This document shows positions 49,996-51,505 of a stretch of DNA of 51,505 nt, one piece after another; positions within the stretch are counted from its first letter, which is position 1, and each line of letters starts with the position of its first letter. This stretch comes from an uncultured Anaerococcus sp. Lineage in GTDB: Bacteria > Bacillota > Clostridia > Tissierellales > Peptoniphilaceae. Made by a program: the position numbers and the translations under genes. The DNA lies in the NCBI GenBank assembly GCA_943913325.1, contig CALTXP010000001.1, positions 1-51,505 of the forward strand, in the 5' to 3' direction. Under the pieces are notes generated by a model that did not search any database, had not been told where the DNA came from, and saw only the letters and a list, made by a program, of their open reading frames with translations.

Positions 49996-51505
49996 ATGTT
50001 TGAGTCTATGACAGATGCTCACAAAAAGGAGCTGAGTAAACTTATAGCTATAGGTATTTTTACTGCTATATTAGCAGTATTAAGGAATACTATAGGTGAA
50101 AATATATGGATTGTGGGTGGGTTTTTATTAGCCTACTTGCTATCCGCATGGAATGTTTTGATAAAAGGGTTTAAGGGAATCATCCGTGGCCAGGCCATGG
50201 ATGAGAACTTCCTTTTGTCTATAGCATCAATTGCAGCCTTTCTCTTGGGCCAATATATAGAAGCAATTGCTGTAATACTTTTTTATAATTTTGGTGATTT
50301 ATTTGAAAATATAGCAAGCCATAAGTCCCGCCAAAACATAGAAGGACTCCTAGACTTAGTGCCTGATGTGGCCAATAAGGTAAACCCAGATGGTTCTACT
50401 ACAGAAATCGACCTAGATGATGTAGAAGTAGGAGATATCCTCCTGGTTCGTGATGGTGAGAAAATTGGTGTGGATGGTGTAGTTATAGAAGGTCACGGCC
50501 TCCTTGATACATCCTCTGTCACTGGAGAATCCATGCCAGTAGAAGCCGAAGTAGGGTCTGAGATTATATCTTCATCCCTTCTTACTGAGGGTATTATCAA
50601 GATGGAAGCTAAGAAAGAATTTGATGATTCTGTTGCAGCAAAGATTATGGAGATTATAGAAGACTCCGCAGAAAGTAAATCTCAAAGTGAAAAGATGGTA
50701 ACAAGATTTGCCAGAATCTATACCCCAATTGTTGTAGCTATTGCGCTTATAGTAGCTATCATCCCTCCCCTATTTTTTGGAAGAGATTGGTATGACTCTA
50801 TATTCTTGGCAGCTACATTTTTAGTAATATCATGCCCATGTGCCCTAGTATTATCAGTCCCACTTAGCTTTATGTCAGGCCTTGGCCTAGCTAGTGAAAA
50901 TGGAATCCTTATAAAAGGAAGCCAGTATTTTGAAGGACTAAATAATGCCAAAGTCCTATTATCCGACAAAACCGGAACCCTCACTACAGGGAATTTCAAA
51001 GTAAAAGATATAGAATATTTTACTGACCATGATAGGGAAAAAATCCTCGATTATATATACAATATCGAGCTAATGAGTACCCATCCTATCGCAAAAGGGA
51101 TAGTAAAAAGTCTAGACCGTGATGAAAAACATGATTTGTTTGAAGAAGTGACCAATGAAAAGGGCCTTGGTGTAAGAGCTACTAGCAAGGATGGCGACCT
51201 AATCAAGATAGGTTCTGCTAGATTTATTGGCTATGATGGAGAAGAAAATGACAGAGCAATCTATGTCTCTATAGATGACAAGCTTGCTGCAAAAGTAATA
51301 ATCGAAGATGAAATCAAAGACCAATCATTTGAAACTATAGAAGATCTTCACAACCATTTTGAAAATATAGCTGTAGTATCAGGCGATGGCAAAAATGCAG
51401 TTGAAGAAACAGCCAAAGAACTTGGCCTAGATGACTACTACGCAGAAGTCATGCCAGACCAGAAGCTAGAAATTATGAAAGGCTACCAAGATAAAGGACT
51501 TCCTA
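49996..51505 (+). CDS. Heavy-metal-translocating P1B-type ATPase (CadA/ZntA-like), 3' partial
   Basis: Missing from the ORF track because it has no stop in the window. Reads MFESMTDAHKK..., DENFL, TGES, SCPCALV, DKTGTLT, STHPIA. Confidence 0.93.
   Translation, partial: MFESMTDAHKKELSKLIAIGIFTAILAVLRNTIGENIWIVGGFLLAYLLSAWNVLIKGFKGIIRGQAMDENFLLSIASIAAFLLGQYIEAIAVILFYNFGDLFENIASHKSRQNIEGLLDLVPDVANKVNPDGSTTEIDLDDVEVGDILLVRDGEKIGVDGVVIEGHGLLDTSSVTGESMPVEAEVGSEIISSSLLTEGIIKMEAKKEFDDSVAAKIMEIIEDSAESKSQSEKMVTRFARIYTPIVVAIALIVAIIPPLFFGRDWYDSIFLAATFLVISCPCALVLSVPLSFMSGLGLASENGILIKGSQYFEGLNNAKVLLSDKTGTLTTGNFKVKDIEYFTDHDREKILDYIYNIELMSTHPIAKGIVKSLDRDEKHDLFEEVTNEKGLGVRATSKDGDLIKIGSARFIGYDGEENDRAIYVSIDDKLAAKVIIEDEIKDQSFETIEDLHNHFENIAVVSGDGKNAVEETAKELGLDDYYAEVMPDQKLEIMKGYQDKGLP

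Noticed and set aside
1011..50999. Numerous other 60-125-aa ORFs antisense to confident genes (e.g. 7450-7821, 9412-9768, 14502-14879, 49383-49682, 50718-50999)
   Set aside because: They overlap well-supported genes on the opposite strand and show no independent RBS or motifs.
1..51505. tRNA, rRNA, transposase, integrase, phage or defence-system genes
   Set aside because: No tRNA arms, rRNA-like sequence or matching protein motifs were seen. The PIN/TRAM gene is the housekeeping YacL type, not a toxin-antitoxin module.

Overview
AT-rich Firmicute (Bacillota) chromosome. The proteins look like those of anaerobic Peptoniphilaceae/Anaerococcus; this is an inference and was not checked by search. 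In order, the window holds: a BceRS-AB-type peptide-antibiotic module (kinase cut by the left edge); the S10-spc-alpha ribosomal supercluster (rpsJ to rplQ, with rpmJ missed by the ORF track, no map, and an odd repeat insert between infA and rpmJ); TPP riboswitch-thiC; a HAD phosphatase; a PAS-PP2C/deoC/alpha-amylase/RNase HI operon; a fluoride riboswitch-controlled cation:proton antiporter; a troABCDR-like Mn/Zn ABC operon with a DtxR-type box; ald; a candidate antisense sRNA; an orphan wzy/wzz-pseudokinase/SH3-lipoprotein cluster; a variant TPP riboswitch-thiT; a YtrA-type GntR-ABC operon; a DAG-kinase-family gene; a carD-PIN/TRAM-ispD-ispF-metK-mreB-gpmA operon; and an apparently acquired ArsR-HMA-P1B ATPase module cut by the right edge. 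No rRNA, tRNA, cas gene or transposase was seen. The most notable signals are non-coding: the fluoride riboswitch-antiporter unit, a dispersed family of long rod-like inverted-repeat elements directly after stop codons, the infA-rpmJ repeat insert, the candidate sRNA and the altered TPP aptamer.
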